Positions 12,000 through 25,100 are shown, counted from the first letter of the stretch. The stretch: 64,000 nt of DNA from Anthoceros angustus (GCA_010909165.1 VJWM01000134.1:558001-622000); one strand, 5' to 3'. The notes: generated by a model from the sequence alone, not told the origin. Program-made: numbers and translations.

Positions 12000-14900
12000 A
12001 AGTTTTCTTCGATGCTATCCCATGGCCGCCAAATCCTAACCTAGCCGCCGCGCCGGCCGCTCCATCTAGGTTGCCAAACCCTACCTCAGCCGCAGGCATG
12101 GTCTTCACAGGCAATGACGGCCGCGGCCGCAGGCATGGCCATGGTTTGCGAACCCTGCACACGCCCACGGCCGTGTCCGAGTCTTCGCAGCTAGGGACAT
12201 TGGAATCGTGTTTTTGTTAGGGAACCCGCGATGCTGGAAACATTAAGAAGCATGATCCTCCTCAAAACAGGAAGAAGCACGAGCCTGCTCAAAACAGGAA
12301 GAGGGGATGGTGCTAGAATATGGAAGCCACCTTCAGTTGGAACAAGAAACCGGGTGCATGCATCTGTTGATGGCGGGATTTGGGGATTCTTCTGCTGTAA
12401 TTCGTTCTACCACTCCTTTGATGCCAGCGATTTACGGGTATAGGAGAGATCATTCTCCGTTGCTCGTTTCTTGAGATGCCTTTGACCCAAACGGAGCAAG
12501 GCGATTGAGGAGATGCTCCTTTCACCTTGCTCTAAGCACATCATTTCTTCTGATGTCTTTGAAAAAGTGCTATACGGAGCGTACACTTCATATGTCTGGT
12601 TAATGCCAGGGACGAGTTGTCCTTGGCACCCGGTACTCCCTCGACCCTGACACCCTGGTCATCCATAGGTTATTCCTTGAATCGTGCCGTTCTCATTTGT
12701 TCTTGCCTTCTCCCCTATGATACAATCCAGTCCTTTAGCGGCAGTCAAGGACACCCTTTGTCCAGTCTGCACGCAGCTGTGCTGTGGGGTCAAGGGGGTG
12801 AAATGTCACATTGGGCACAAACACAAGGACTTCGACCGAACCACCTGGGAGGCTCAAGTGAGGCTTGCTTCTTCTAGTGGGGCTGTACATTTGGCTCCGA
12901 GTTTGGATGCTCCCCTCGGCCTGCCCCCAGAGTCCTAGCAATAATTGCGAATGCAATTGGATCATCTGCTCACCCTGTTCGAAGTGCGCTTTTTGGGACC
13001 CCATCTTTTTCGGTGTCTCCAGAGGCGCCTGCATGATAACGCGTACGTTCGCCTTGCCTATCGGCTTCCTGTGGATCGCCTTGGGCTGGACCCTGGGACG
13101 AGGTGGCTTGGACTCTATTCCTTTTTCTTCTCTCGTGGTGTCTTCATCGCTCCAGGGGTGGTTGTTTCGGCTATAGGGAGGTGGCATCTCATCTCCGTCG
13201 GTTTCGGGCTGGGGACTGGGAAGCTCTGCAGGAGGAGGGGGGCGCACAACGAGATCTAGGCTAGAGGTTGCTAAGGTGGATCGGGTCTGTCAGGACCCGC
13301 CAAGGCACGGCTCAAGAGGTGTCTCTTGCTAGGCCGTGTTGGGGAATACGCCAGGGCTGCCCGAGCACTTTGCCTGGAGCCGGTGGCGCCAGCCTTTGAG
13401 GACACCATCTATGTGCTTCTGCCCTTCATCCGGCCCAAAATGACCTCATTCCACAAGATATCCTGCATTATGTGCTAGAGGAGCCTTTTTGTCTCGACAA
13501 GACGGTCTTTGGTAGGGCTCTTACCACTGGCCCGCGGCTTTTTCTCGAGTGGTATATCTAGGATGGATTACGATCACCTTCGGGGTAACTTTCCTCCAGA
13601 GGATCCTTCTAGCGGTTTCTCGCAGCTCATCATTTTGGGAGCGGCAGTGGCCAGGGGTGAGACTCCTTACCAGATCTCTCAGGTGTTGGGGGCCAGCAAG
13701 TTACTGGCCATGGAGAAGCCCACGCCTGAGGTTATGGGTCGGCTGCGTTTGGTATCACGGCGATTTGGGAGTCACATCAAGATTGGGTCACCCTGCAGGT
13801 GGACGACGAGAACGCTTTCAACACGGTCTCTAGGATGGAAATTTTTATAGAGCTCAAGGCTGCAGGTAGGCAGCTGGCAAGACTTATTCCTTTCGTACAC
13901 TCTTTCTATGGTTCCCCATCTACCCTCTACTTTCGGCACGGACCATCTAAGGAAGGGGTTGCTGTGCAAGACTCGACAACCGGCACGAGGTAGGGGGATC
14001 CCTTGGGAGGTGCCTTCTTTGCCATTGCGCACTTCAGGGCCCTAACCCTTAATGCTGCCGCAGTCAGGGAATGTCTCTTTCCCTCCATGGCGGATGACAA
14101 TCATATCTTAGGACTCGGGAGCATAGTTTCTTCGCAGGGACTTCGCATCTTGGGGGTCCCCGTGGGACCTCAAGCCTTTACTCAGGGTTTTGTGGATGAG
14201 GCTTTGAAGGAGGACTTGGCCCACGTCGGCGACCTATCTCTATTAGGAGACCCGAATGTGGCATTTGGCATCCTTTCGTTCTGCTTCGCGCGTCGGCCGG
14301 GTTATCTCACTAGGACGGTGGCTCCTTCCCCAGCTTTTTTATTAAGCTTGTGGAATTTTGATCTATAGATTATGTAGGCACTTGGAGACATTATCGGGCC
14401 GGGGACCTTTGAGTATGCTGTAGGGGGCTTTGCTTAGCGGCATGTATCCCTTCCTATCGCTTTTGGGGGCACGGGTCTACTGGCCATGGAGGCCTCGGCG
14501 CCGGCGGCTTTCCTTAGAAGCTAGATCCTCTCTACCCTCGTCTTCACTGCTCGTTTCTTAATTCGGGATGTTCCCATCTTGGAGGCCTTTGTCTTGAGCG
14601 TTGAGGAGGGGGCCTTCACCTCGCAAGCTCCCCTTAAGTTGGTCAGGGACTCCTTTTCCTCCGAGGCTAGGGCGGCCTTGCCTCCCTTTTCCTCGTTTTC
14701 CGTGGAAGGGCTACGTGGCCTTTAGGCCTCTCTCCAGGAGAAGCAGTACGGGCAGGCGTAGTGGGCAATCCTTCTGGACTCTACTATTCCCCGGCCTATT
14801 CGTGCCTACATCCGCTCTTGCTCGGGGAAGGGAGCAGGCTCTTGCATTCTGGCTCGGCCTTGCATCCAGGCGTTCCGAATCGCACCAGCTTCTTTTTCTA

Positions 14901-15757
14901 CTGTGAGGAGGTTCCGCCTGGGTTTGGTCTAGCCTCTAGCCTATTCTCTCTTAGCCTGCAGCTGTGGGGCCCCCCTCGACGACTCAGGGTCCCACCTGGC
15001 TCGCTGTCCAATTGGAGGGCAACCTATCGCTACGCTTGACGCCGTTCACGACGTCATGTTTTCGATGGCCAAGGAGAATGGCTATTTTCCATAGAGGGAG
15101 CGTCCATATACCCTGCACAATGGGGTGTCTCAGGACGGATCTATTTTTGATCCGAGGGGACCAAATCTCTGTTGTGAATGTCGTCGTAACGGACTCTACC
15201 CAGAACTCCATTTGTGAGCATGTCATTATCAACCTTCTGGGCTAGGTGGCGGAGGGATGTGCGACTGCCAAGGTATGCAAGTACCTACCTCTGCAGGACG
15301 GCCACGCCTTCATCCCCCTCGCCATTGAGCCTCACGGGGCTATCGGAAAGGATTTTTCTCGGCTCATTAAGGATTGTGCTAAAGCCTACACAGTCATCGA
15401 ACGAGGTGGGTCTCCCTCTTTCCTCGGTGGTGGCTTGCTTTCAATAGCGGGTCTCCATCGCCCTACAAAGGGCGCTAGCCAACGCTATTTATAGGACGGC
15501 AAGGAGTGCTAGCAGTCGTGGGGGCTAGCCCCTCCGGCTCTTGTCCAAATGGCTTAGGCCAAATGGACACACATTTATAAGAACGTGGTTATTAAGCATC
15601 ATACGCTTGGATCGGTGCTTAGATGGGGTGCCTAAAGGGAATGGATGCCCTTGGTGCAAGTAGCTTAGGCATACCATGGTACAAGTTGTTAAGTACCAAG
15701 TCCCATGACGGAAATCCGTCCTTAGTGGACTTAAATAAAATTATTCTTCTTCTTCTT
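12000..15757 (+). mobile_element. Decayed non-LTR retrotransposon with C-terminal restriction-like endonuclease (CRE-clade-like)
   Basis: Fragmented frames give a C2H2 finger (CPVC...CHIGHKH ~12760), RT motifs (NAFNTVSR ~13810, GTR*GDPLGG, SMADD, GLRILGVPVG), a zinc knuckle (CSCG...HLARC ~14960) and RTD...K.CKY...FIPLAIEPHG, then an AATAAA+(TTC)n tail. The 5' boundary is approximate. Confidence 0.75.
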
Positions 15758-15879
15758 TGGCTTAAAAAAATGAACAGAAATCAATGAAAGCACCTTGGAG
15801 AACCAAAACAACAGTTGCCTTTGGCCCTTGGCCTTTAAAAAATGAACAGAAATCAATGAAATCACCTAGAGAACTAAGA

Positions 15880-17271
15880 CTAGAAGGGGCTCACTGTCCG
15901 GGCCAGCTGAATGCAAAACTCCGGCACGAGACGTCTGTCGCCTTTGTGGTGCGTTTCGTCCATGGCTTGACTGGCGTTCACTATCTCCAACAGGGCGACT
16001 AAGAGTTCGTCCGTCCCGCCTCGCATCCAGTCCTGGACGATCATGTCGGTGTGGCCCTTCTCAGGGAAGACCGTGATGGTCACCTGGCATGCCGAGGATC
16101 GGAGCGCGTTCGCGAAGGACGTGCTGGAGTGGGAAGGAACGGTAATATCAGCACCTCCATGAAAGAGGTGGACGGGCGGGAGGTAGGAGAGGGCCGGCTG
16201 GAAGCTAGGTTCTCGCACCGTGCAATCGGGGGAGAAGAGGGGGAAGGATGCCTGGCCCTCCATCAATTTGGACAACACAGTTTGATGCAGGCCTCGGGAA
16301 TGGAAGTGGTCTGCTAGTAGAGGGAGGTTGTAAACGCCGGAGATACCGATGAAAGCCGAGATCTGAGACGCCTTCCAGCCGGAAGAAGAATCAGATGCAG
16401 CCTCCCGCTCAGCCTGCCTGACCAGCGCGCAGGAAGCAAGATGCGCGCCCGCTGACTGCCCTACGATGTACACCTCCTCGGCATCGCCTCCGTACAAGTG
16501 CGCAGTCTGGAAGACGAAGGAAATGGCCCTGGAGACGTCGTCCACCATCTGGCTGATGGTGGCCTTGGGGAAGTTGCGGTAATCCACGCTGGCCACAAGA
16601 ATATCCCTCTCCGAGAGCTTTCTTGCGAACAGCGCGCCCCAGGCCTTGTTCCCGATCATCCAAGCCCCACCTGCGACGAAGATCACCACCGGGCTTGCCC
16701 TAGGGGATGCCTTCGGAAGGTAGAAGTCCAGAATGTTGCGAGGCAGGTCGCCGTAGACGATGTTCCGGCGGATGGAATTGGAAGAGAAGTAGTACCATCC
16801 GACCTGCAGGTGTCCGGGGAGCAGTAGCATCGCGTACAGACCAAGAGCCGCGAACTTGATCAGCACCTTGGCGCTCCATCGCAGCCAGTGCTGCAGACCA
16901 AATCTAGGTTGCTGCTCCGGCTCCTGCTCAGAGAAGGGATGCTGTTGTAACAAGGAGAAGGTTCCTCCTCCGATGGCGATGGTAGTGGCCTCCTCTCCTC
17001 TGCTTTCACTTAGCAATGGCTGATTGATGGAAGCCAGCTGAGCGTGGATTTGCTGGACTCCTGGCGGAGCAACAAAGATGGCTCCTTCTTCCGCCATAGC
17101 GTCCTTCTTCTCCGATCCATGTCCTGCCGCGGGGGTAAGTATGATAGGCTGAACATTGAGAAGATCCGGCGGCAATGTTATGTCAATCACATGCGCAGGC
17201 GATGGTGCAACAAGTGACATCCCTGCTTCGGCCGCTGCAGAGTTTCTTCTGCCCCTGGATGCTGGAAGCAT
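15880..17271 (-). CDS. ICME: Isoprenylcysteine methylesterase (ICME)-like alpha/beta hydrolase, single exon
   Basis: RRNIVYGDLPRNILDFYLP, VIFVAGGAWMIG, VDYRNFP, nucleophile motif GQSAG, HGGADITVP, GHTD. Confidence 0.85.
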   Translation of the reverse strand: MLPASRGRRNSAAAEAGMSLVAPSPAHVIDITLPPDLLNVQPIILTPAAGHGSEKKDAMAEEGAIFVAPPGVQQIHAQLASINQPLLSESRGEEATTIAIGGGTFSLLQQHPFSEQEPEQQPRFGLQHWLRWSAKVLIKFAALGLYAMLLLPGHLQVGWYYFSSNSIRRNIVYGDLPRNILDFYLPKASPRASPVVIFVAGGAWMIGNKAWGALFARKLSERDILVASVDYRNFPKATISQMVDDVSRAISFVFQTAHLYGGDAEEVYIVGQSAGAHLASCALVRQAEREAASDSSSGWKASQISAFIGISGVYNLPLLADHFHSRGLHQTVLSKLMEGQASFPLFSPDCTVREPSFQPALSYLPPVHLFHGGADITVPSHSSTSFANALRSSACQVTITVFPEKGHTDMIVQDWMRGGTDELLVALLEIVNASQAMDETHHKGDRRLVPEFCIQLARTVSPF

Positions 17272-17525
17272 GCGGCATCGGAGACTTGGGGCGTTCTTCG
17301 CGCTCGTTGCGTGCTAACCCAGGGTGAGGACTTTCGTCCTACGCGCCGGCCGGAGACTTGACCTCACTTACCAAGTCATTGGAAAAGACTGGAATAGGCA
17401 TAGAAGACTGTTTTTAACTGAATGCAGCGAATTCCGTCCGAGAATGGCTTTCGCTCTGCTATTGGCAAATGGGATGTTGCTCTATCTCCATGAGAAGCAT
17501 GGGACAATTGTGATGTATGTATTTT

Positions 17526-20500
17526 TCACAGCTCTCTCCAGTGCGACGAACCATTGATGACCCGAGGGGACGGGCCGTTCATCAGTTTCCTCTTCCTATA
17601 CCTCCACGCAACTTGGATACATTGTGCAGCCCAGCTTCTCCAGTAAGGTGAAGCGTATCTGCAGCATAAGGGCCAGGAGGTGGGCATTTCATCAATCCTG
17701 AACAGAAAGCATTTGACGTCGTGGGAGCTAGAATGACACATGGGCTAGTACCTGATTGCACCCTGAACACGGGGGCTTCGCATATCTCGGCTGTAGCTCT
17801 TCACGAGCTTCTCCAAATCGGCAACTTCGATTGTGAAGGCTTCAACATTGGTGACGCACCTGACTTGCCTGCTTGACACTGCATGTTGACCCATTCGTCT
17901 TGTGGGGATGACCTTCCGTGGAGCCGAGGATTCATTGCTCGCCACTTTATCCATACAGGGTTCAGTATGATGGACTCCGGTTTGGCGTTTAGGAGGCAAG
18001 GCTGCTATTCCACCACAAAGTGATGCGACGTACCAGATGGTTGTTGTAAGTTCTGCTCCAGACACCAGACCAGTAGTTCCTCTCCACAGAAGTTCCCTTC
18101 GTTAAGAGGCACGCCGTCGCCGTAATCTCCACAGCTTACTAGAGTACCACGAACGATGAAGATCATACGCTCAAGGGGGAGGTTGACCCGCATGATATCG
18201 CTCCCGGCAATGTACACCTTCGGCTTCAGAAGCTCACAGATGGCATCCAGCACATGCTCCTCCATATGCTTGAAGATCCCAACCTGCATGGTGTCCACCA
18301 CAGGCATCCTGTCACAAATGCTTCCAAGTATGCAGAGAGAAGGGACAAGAGACAACCACGAACCTTTTTCACAAGATCAAAGCATAGAAACCGTCGAATT
18401 TCTTTGTGCAGATCTTCAGGCAGGCTATCCAGAAACTCTTCCTCATCGACACCACGGGTAGAAGCCCACTTCAGTCGTTCTGCCTGTCTTACCTTCCTGT
18501 GACGAAGCCACTCACACCCAGTGTCATTCCATCTACATCTTAGCAGCATTCCAGAGTTCCCAGAGCTCTTCAGCAACAAAAGAAAGTGAACAGACAACAT
18601 GTTGTGTAAGTTGAGCTTTCATGCCTGCGCATATTTATAGGCAGCTTCCTGCGTGCCATCCATCCCTCTGCATCGTGCCTCCGAAGCTGCATCTCCAACT
18701 TCCTGTTGCATATATGAGCTTCTGTTTACCGGAGGGCCACACTACAGATCCACAAGAATCCACCAGCACAGGAATGCACAAGTCACAGATGGATGTAACG
18801 AGACCTTCTGCTGAGTGACTGCAGGAAGTTTTGCATGTTTCCAATAAGCAACGCGAACAGGAAAAGACCCAAGGCTGTAACGCCCAACACAAACACTACT
18901 TCCCCGACAAAAAGACTTGGAACTTGGTTTCCTGCCAAAGTGCTGATTTGCTGCATCCAAAGACGTGGGCTATGAGTCAACGCGAGAACTGCTTTTGCTG
19001 TAAAAGAAGGAGTGCAGCCATGGTTGTAGACCGGACCTGGAAGCCCCAAAAAAGTGCATATATATACTTTGTCCAAGATTGACTTAGTGTCACCACAGGG
19101 ACTGCAGTTTGGTAGATGCCATAATCGAAGCTGGTTATGTTGGCATTGAAACAATCTCCTGTGCTGGTGTTTTTTAACCACTCCTGTCGAAGAGGATTGT
19201 CAAGGCCCCGCTTACCATAGCCACAATCAAGATAGTCAGTGAGACAGGTGCTATTTTCTGCAAAGCACTGCTCATGCAGGCACTGGTTCACTCGCTGCAC
19301 ATGGAGCACAAGAACATATCAGAAGTCCCCCACCAGGGGGCACCTCGACTTGCAACTCAGAAAGCAGATATAGTGATGTGCTTTAACACTAGATATGGTT
19401 CCGAGATTGCTGATACCTGAAGGCCAAAGAGGTACCAAGTGGACCCAACAAGATGCCCAGCAAGAAGATACATGAGGAGGTTGATAACAAAGTTAGCCCA
19501 AGCAGTTTCAAAGATGAATCCTCCGGCAGTTTCCCCTGATAGAAGTGGCAGAAACCGGATCATTCTGGGGAAATACTGAACGAGAACTGTAATTCGGATG
19601 ACATTTTTGAAATAGTCTGCTTTTCCCAAGTAAATGGGCACCACAAACCAGATGATAATCTGGACAACAGATTTCAGTGGGGTGTAAGTCAGCTAAGCAA
19701 CACAGCATATACGGAACACAGCATATTCCGTGTCCTTGTTCTGAATCACAAAGCTTATACAGACCTGAGGTAAAGGCAAAACTGCGATGACATCGATCAG
19801 AAACCAGCCACTTAGATAGTTACGTGCAATCTTCTTGGGATCATCCACCAGTTCTCCAGCTCCGATTTCTCGTGATTCCACATACGCCACCCTGAACTGC
19901 AACCCAGAGGTTCTGTTTGAGAACTGAGCTGCATGTGGCCCGATGTTGCTGATATCTTTGCTGCCACGCTCTCTCAAGAATGAGCAATGGTGATCAGGGA
20001 AACAACTAGTCTAGCCTGCGGCATTTACCTTCCTCAGAATTGCATACTATTACAAACCTGAAGGAGCATGTGACCAAAGTAGAACAAATCTGTCACGGTT
20101 CTGAATACTGTAACTGCCAGTGCAAAATTTCTGTCGGTGTAAATGCACTTGTTCTTCTGTGGCATGTCAAAGGATATGCTCTCATTGGAATCTGTCAACA
20201 TTCTCACCCGTGCGCCAGCCAGATCAGTGGAAAGAGATGAGCACATTACCTCGTTTGCAGCGAGTAAGAAGAAGAAAAGAGGATCAACAAATATAGCCAC
20301 AAGGCAAGATATAACGAAAAACTTGTTCCACCACTGTATGATCTTTGTGTGAGGGTTCAGGATGCCAGGAACGAAGAAGAGAAGATTCCCCATACACTTG
20401 CTGCGAAAGTCTTTAGCCCCCCTCATGAAGGCACTTCTCACTTGCTAAAACTCGGAGACATGTCGCAAGAAGCACCACAGTTAATGGGCTTGCATGCTGT

Positions 20501-20819
20501 GCAACCCGACAAACAATCCCTGAAACACATAACTGCACATGAGCAGGCATACCAGGTGACGATCTGAGAAAGTTTTGCTTTTCGTCTCCTTGGAATGGAA
20601 ATAGGAGGGACATGTTGTGCAAAAGGGGTCGTTGCATCTTCCCAGGGGTCCCGACTTCAAAAGATGTCCGTGCTGCTCAAAAGGATCAAGTTCCACCTTT
20701 CTCTTTCTCTCCACCGGAATATCGATGGACACCTGGGACAGCTCCAAGGACGAGTCAAGGTTGCCTGACAACATCGGGAGGTCGTCGAAGTCAGGCGTGT
20801 CACTGTGCAACCGTTCCAT
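17526..20819 (-). CDS. CNGC: Cyclic nucleotide-gated channel, CNGC19/20 (group IV-A) type, multi-exon
   Basis: SGPLGRCNDPFCTTCP, WNKFFVISCLVAIFVDPLFF, pore ISTLAGNQVPS (AGN filter), CNBD GNFCGEELLVW and NVEAF, IQ motif IQVAWRYRK. The start codon is uncertain. Confidence 0.9.
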
Positions 20820-22200
20820 CCTCCTGGACCTGCTTCTGGTGTAGTCCTGCGTTACGGCAACTTCGAGCTTAAGTATCAGAGGGAGCAACATCCAGGCACC
20901 CCATGAACCCAGTCATCCCGTAGCACAGAGATTCACAAACTCCGGCAGCCAGGCCCTGCCTGTCACAACTCCATGACAGAACCTTCAACGTGAGACAGCC
21001 AGCAGGGCCTCAGACTACTCACCACCGCAGGCATCATATCAGCTCTGTTGAGCAACCCCCTTCAATCTCTCTCTCCGCAACCAGCCTAGAATGAGTTCTC
21101 CCAGCTGCGTCACCTTGCATCACTCGAACCAATGTCGCGGTCTGCAAAAGCTCGGAATTTCAACACGGTCCGCCTCCCTTCCCCTACACATCCATCAGAT
21201 TTGCCGGAGCTCCCATCGCTGAGCTCACATGGGAGCCACTGGAGCACGGACAGAATCCCAAATTCCAGCGTTACGACACTATACCCACAATCCCAGCAGG
21301 GCAGCGGCTGCTCCGAGCCGCTGAACAGCAAATGCGGCAAAACCCACCTCAGCAAATGCAACAAACAGCGGCTTTTACACGCAGCGACCCTGAACAGACG
21401 CCTTATCCAATTCGTCACACAACCCACCAAAACACACACATACACATGCAGGATCAGACCAATGCAGACGCCAACTCGGGGAATGCCATGCGATGCAATG
21501 AAATGCAAACCAAGCCAGACAGAATCAACGAGCCCCCAGCACAAGGCATGACGCGAGCAGACGAGCGGGGCCGGGCGCACCCGATTCCCGGCACTCGGTC
21601 GGGAGGTGCCGCGAAATTGAGAAGGACACAGTGGCCATTTCCAATGGTACCCAGACGATGCTTTGCGCTGCAACGCATTCTCTCTCTCCTCTTTCTCTCT
21701 CTATCTCAGGTTCCGAGTCCGACTCCTGTCTTTGGCTTGAAGTTGACGCGATATAGACTGACCTGGTCCTTGCAAACCGCCAGGACGCCCAGACAGACAC
21801 CCGGACACGGAACACGCCAGAAAATATCCACAACACAAGAAATGTTTTCTGGATCACTCCCCTCCCTTCGATTTTCGACTCCCAAAACCCACCGTAAAGC
21901 CCTAAACCCAGAGCCCTAGTGGAGGGTTTTGCATCTGCCCAGCCCTAAGCACCCACAACCCGAGGGTTTTGCGAGCCGATGCTGCAGCTGGAGATCGAGA
22001 ATGCGGGGGATGATGGATGCCTGAGCTTGGGCTGGATGGTGCAAGGGCTTGATGCGGGAGATCAGTGCATGCAGGGAATGTAGGTAGATGTGAACTCGAA
22101 ATTGGCAGGTCCTTGAGGAACGCTGAGGTGTGTGGAGGGGAATTCTGTGCTTCCTGCAGCAGGCAAGGCGGAGGAGGAGTGGCAGGGTTTAGGAGGCAGG

Positions 22201-23614
22201 ATGACAGGGGCGTTGGTGAGGGCAGGCAGTTTGATCCGGAAGGTTTTGGTGGCGCCGTCGGCGGGTGGCGGGAATGTGTGCAAGTCGGAGGGCCTGGGGC
22301 TCGGATGGGGCCAGCGGGGCCAGCTGCATTTGTTGTTCAGCTCCTCTGCTGCCAGCGAGGAATTGGCCGGGGTGTCGGATGAGGCAGGGAGTCCGAGTTC
22401 GCGGGAGGTTGGAGGTGGTTCGGGAAGTGGCACTGATGCAGCACCTGCAAATACGTACGTGATTCCGGATAGATCGAAGCTAGTTGCGACGGAGCCTTAT
22501 AGAGTCTCTCCGTTCACGGAAGTGGAGTATCCGACGTTCACTAAGGAGCCGTATAGTGGGAAACCGGCTTCTGGTATGTGTGTGTGAGTATTGGTTGCTA
22601 CGTTTTGATGGGAATAAAGATCTGCTTCTTGCGTTTGGGCATTGATGGACGTGGTTTCTGACAATCAGACAAAACGGAAAGTTTATGGAAGGTCTTCTTC
22701 TCCGATCCGAACAAGTGGTGGGACAACAGAAACAGGAAGGTATGGCTCTTAATGAAATCTTGCTGACCAGTGGAGCCTGCGTGATTTCATTTGCTTTTGC
22801 ACCTCGAGTGGCTGTTCGTGTGGCTTTTAAGCACAAGAAGTCTTTGCGGTTGTGTTTCCAGCGGTATCCAGACGATCCAGATTTTCAAAAGAAAGGAACG
22901 AAGGAGCCTCTATGGATTGACCACCAGACCACTCCTGCTTGGGTGAAGCCTGAGCTTGAAGCCCTTGCGAAGCGAAGAGAACTGGAAAGGAGACCTACCC
23001 ACGGTTATGGATCTCACAATTATTCTTCAGAACCGGCAGGGGATGATGCTTCAGAAGAACAGAAAGCAGAGGGAGGGTCAGACGCAGAGAAGAGTTCCGC
23101 TGGAACTTTGAACCTGTCCTTGGACTCTAAAAGGGACCAAACACCGGAAAGCAGCCCTGAAGCCATCAAGAGGGTGAACAATGCACTGGACGAGATTATG
23201 GCCCGCATAAAAGAAAAGGAAAGGAAGGCTGCAGAGGCCAAGGCAGCCGGGATAGATGAGTCGGCAAGTGAAGGCGGCTCCACAACTAACGCTATTGCAC
23301 CTCGAAACAGGAAGGTCGAGGGCTATGTGAGGAGGTATCCTCGACACAACAAGAAAGCCATTCTTGAGCAGGAATCTGAGGAGGGGGAGTCCACGGCTGA
23401 GTATCACAGCGAGAAGCTGGCCATTGCCTTCGGACTCCTCAAAACCCCACCAGGCACAACCATCCGCATCTTCAAGAATCTCAGGGTGTGCATTGATTGC
23501 CATGAGTTCACCAAAGCCGTGACCAGGGTTACAGGAAGGGAGATCATCGCCAGAGATGCCAACCGCTTCCATCATTTCAAGGACGGCAAGTGCTCCTGTA
23601 ACGACTACTGGTAG
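22201..23614 (+). CDS. PPR-less PDF-motif/DYW deaminase fusion protein, paralog 1; exons 22201-22573, 22669-22739, 22862-23614
   Basis: Spliced [19 protein letters not shown]|[20 protein letters not shown]...PAWV (OSB PDF motif). C-terminus HSEKLA...[10 protein letters not shown]...[16 protein letters not shown]. Canonical in-phase splice sites. Confidence 0.85.
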
Positions 23615-24257
23615 CCTGGGCAACCCCTGGGCCCTGGCTGTGCGTCGTCAACAAGTCCTGGAAGCCTCTCTTAAATGCAAGGGCAGGGCGGTGCTGAAGT
23701 GATCTCAATCCGTGAATCTCGGTAGTGAAGGTGAGACGGAGCTGTCATTTTGTTAGAGCCTCAACAGCTGTGGAAAACGTAGGACAAGGGCGAGGTATGT
23801 GGTAGTGCCAGTCAGCAGTCACTGCTCCTCAACCACTGCTCACGATGTGGAATCCAGGAATCGGGAAGGTGTATTCGATAGTGCCAGTCAACAGTCACTG
23901 CCTCCCAACCATTCTGGAATGGAGGAGTCGAAGAAAGGAGACGGACTAAGCCGCTCATGGCTGACCTTTGATCATCGTCATGCCCGAACCATTCTGGAAT
24001 GAGGAATAGATAACTGTGGAGGGACTAACTTCTCACCGGTAATCTTCACAAATGCATCGTAATTGCCTGCTTAGCGAAGTAAATCGTTCGCAGCCCTGAA
24101 GTTGCGAGCGCTGAATAATATTTCACGGACGTCTACATATTATGTTTAGCATATTATGTTTAGCAGACTATGTAGTCACACGCGTGGCGAGTCTAGCGAC
24201 TCTCGTGAAGACGTCAAGCCACTGCCACTTGTCTCTGGTGTCACGCCAAGAGAGCTC

Positions 24258-25100
24258 TCAGCCTTGCACTTCAATTTCCTGCAAGCTTTCCTCTAGCTTT
24301 GCCACCGCATGCTCTTGATGCAGCTTGGTGAGCGCGGCGAGGAAGCCTTCCCGGTCATAATGGATTTGAAGCTCCTCAATCACGAGATCCTTGTTCACAC
24401 GGGCCAGGCAGTGGCCGATAATCTCGACCATCTCTCCATGCGCAGGGCATCCTTTGAAGGGCCCGGCCATGCGCCCGAAGTGGCGCCAGGTGAAGGAGAC
24501 GGTGGGAGGCGGCGAAAACACCTCCAACACCTCAAACGCGAAGCCTTCAGAAAAGGCGAGCTTGAACGCGTCGTTAGCCGACTCGAACGTCTCGCTACTC
24601 CCCTTGTAGTGGCGCATGCAGTCTCCCAGCAGCATGTTGTACGGTCCAATCTCCGCCATGGTGGCCGCGTCCACAGGCCCGGCCCCGTTGGAGAAGGCCT
24701 GGAACCGCGCTACGTCCATCGTCCTCCACCGACTCGCCTCCCCGATGTGATGCGACTCCACCTGCACCGCACCGAAATCCATCACATGCATCAGCACCGG
24801 ATTCCATCACACACTAACGACTCTACCAGCAAGCGCAACGCATCATGAACCAGATCAACCTCTTCCGACATCACGAACCTCCCAATTCTTCACCAGCTTT
24901 TGCACTACGGCCTCCAGCGAGCCCGCCGGATGCTCCTTCATCCTGTGCGCGAAATACGCCTTGTTCACCGTGGCGTAATCCGGCAGCCCGAACCTCCATG
25001 GCGTGTCCGCCTCCGGCTCATAGTCCCGGATGATCTCCTCCAGCCTCCCCTTGCTCTCCCGGGTCAGGCTTCCCATGGGGCCCCCGTGCTCAAGCGCCAT
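24258..25100 (-). CDS. Pathogen-related protein family (probable NTF2/SnoaL-like fold); exons 25100-24879, 24761-24258
   Basis: WRFGLPDYATVN, GSLEAVVQKLVKNWE|VESHH, GPYNMLL, ETFESA...F...GFAFEVLEVFSPPPTVSFTWRHFG. Confidence 0.85.

Noticed and set aside
21900-22200. Hidden upstream PPR exons for the DYW genes
   Set aside because: There is no room. The CNGC 5' region and the pathogen-related gene lie directly upstream of each paralog, and no PPR-like translations are seen.
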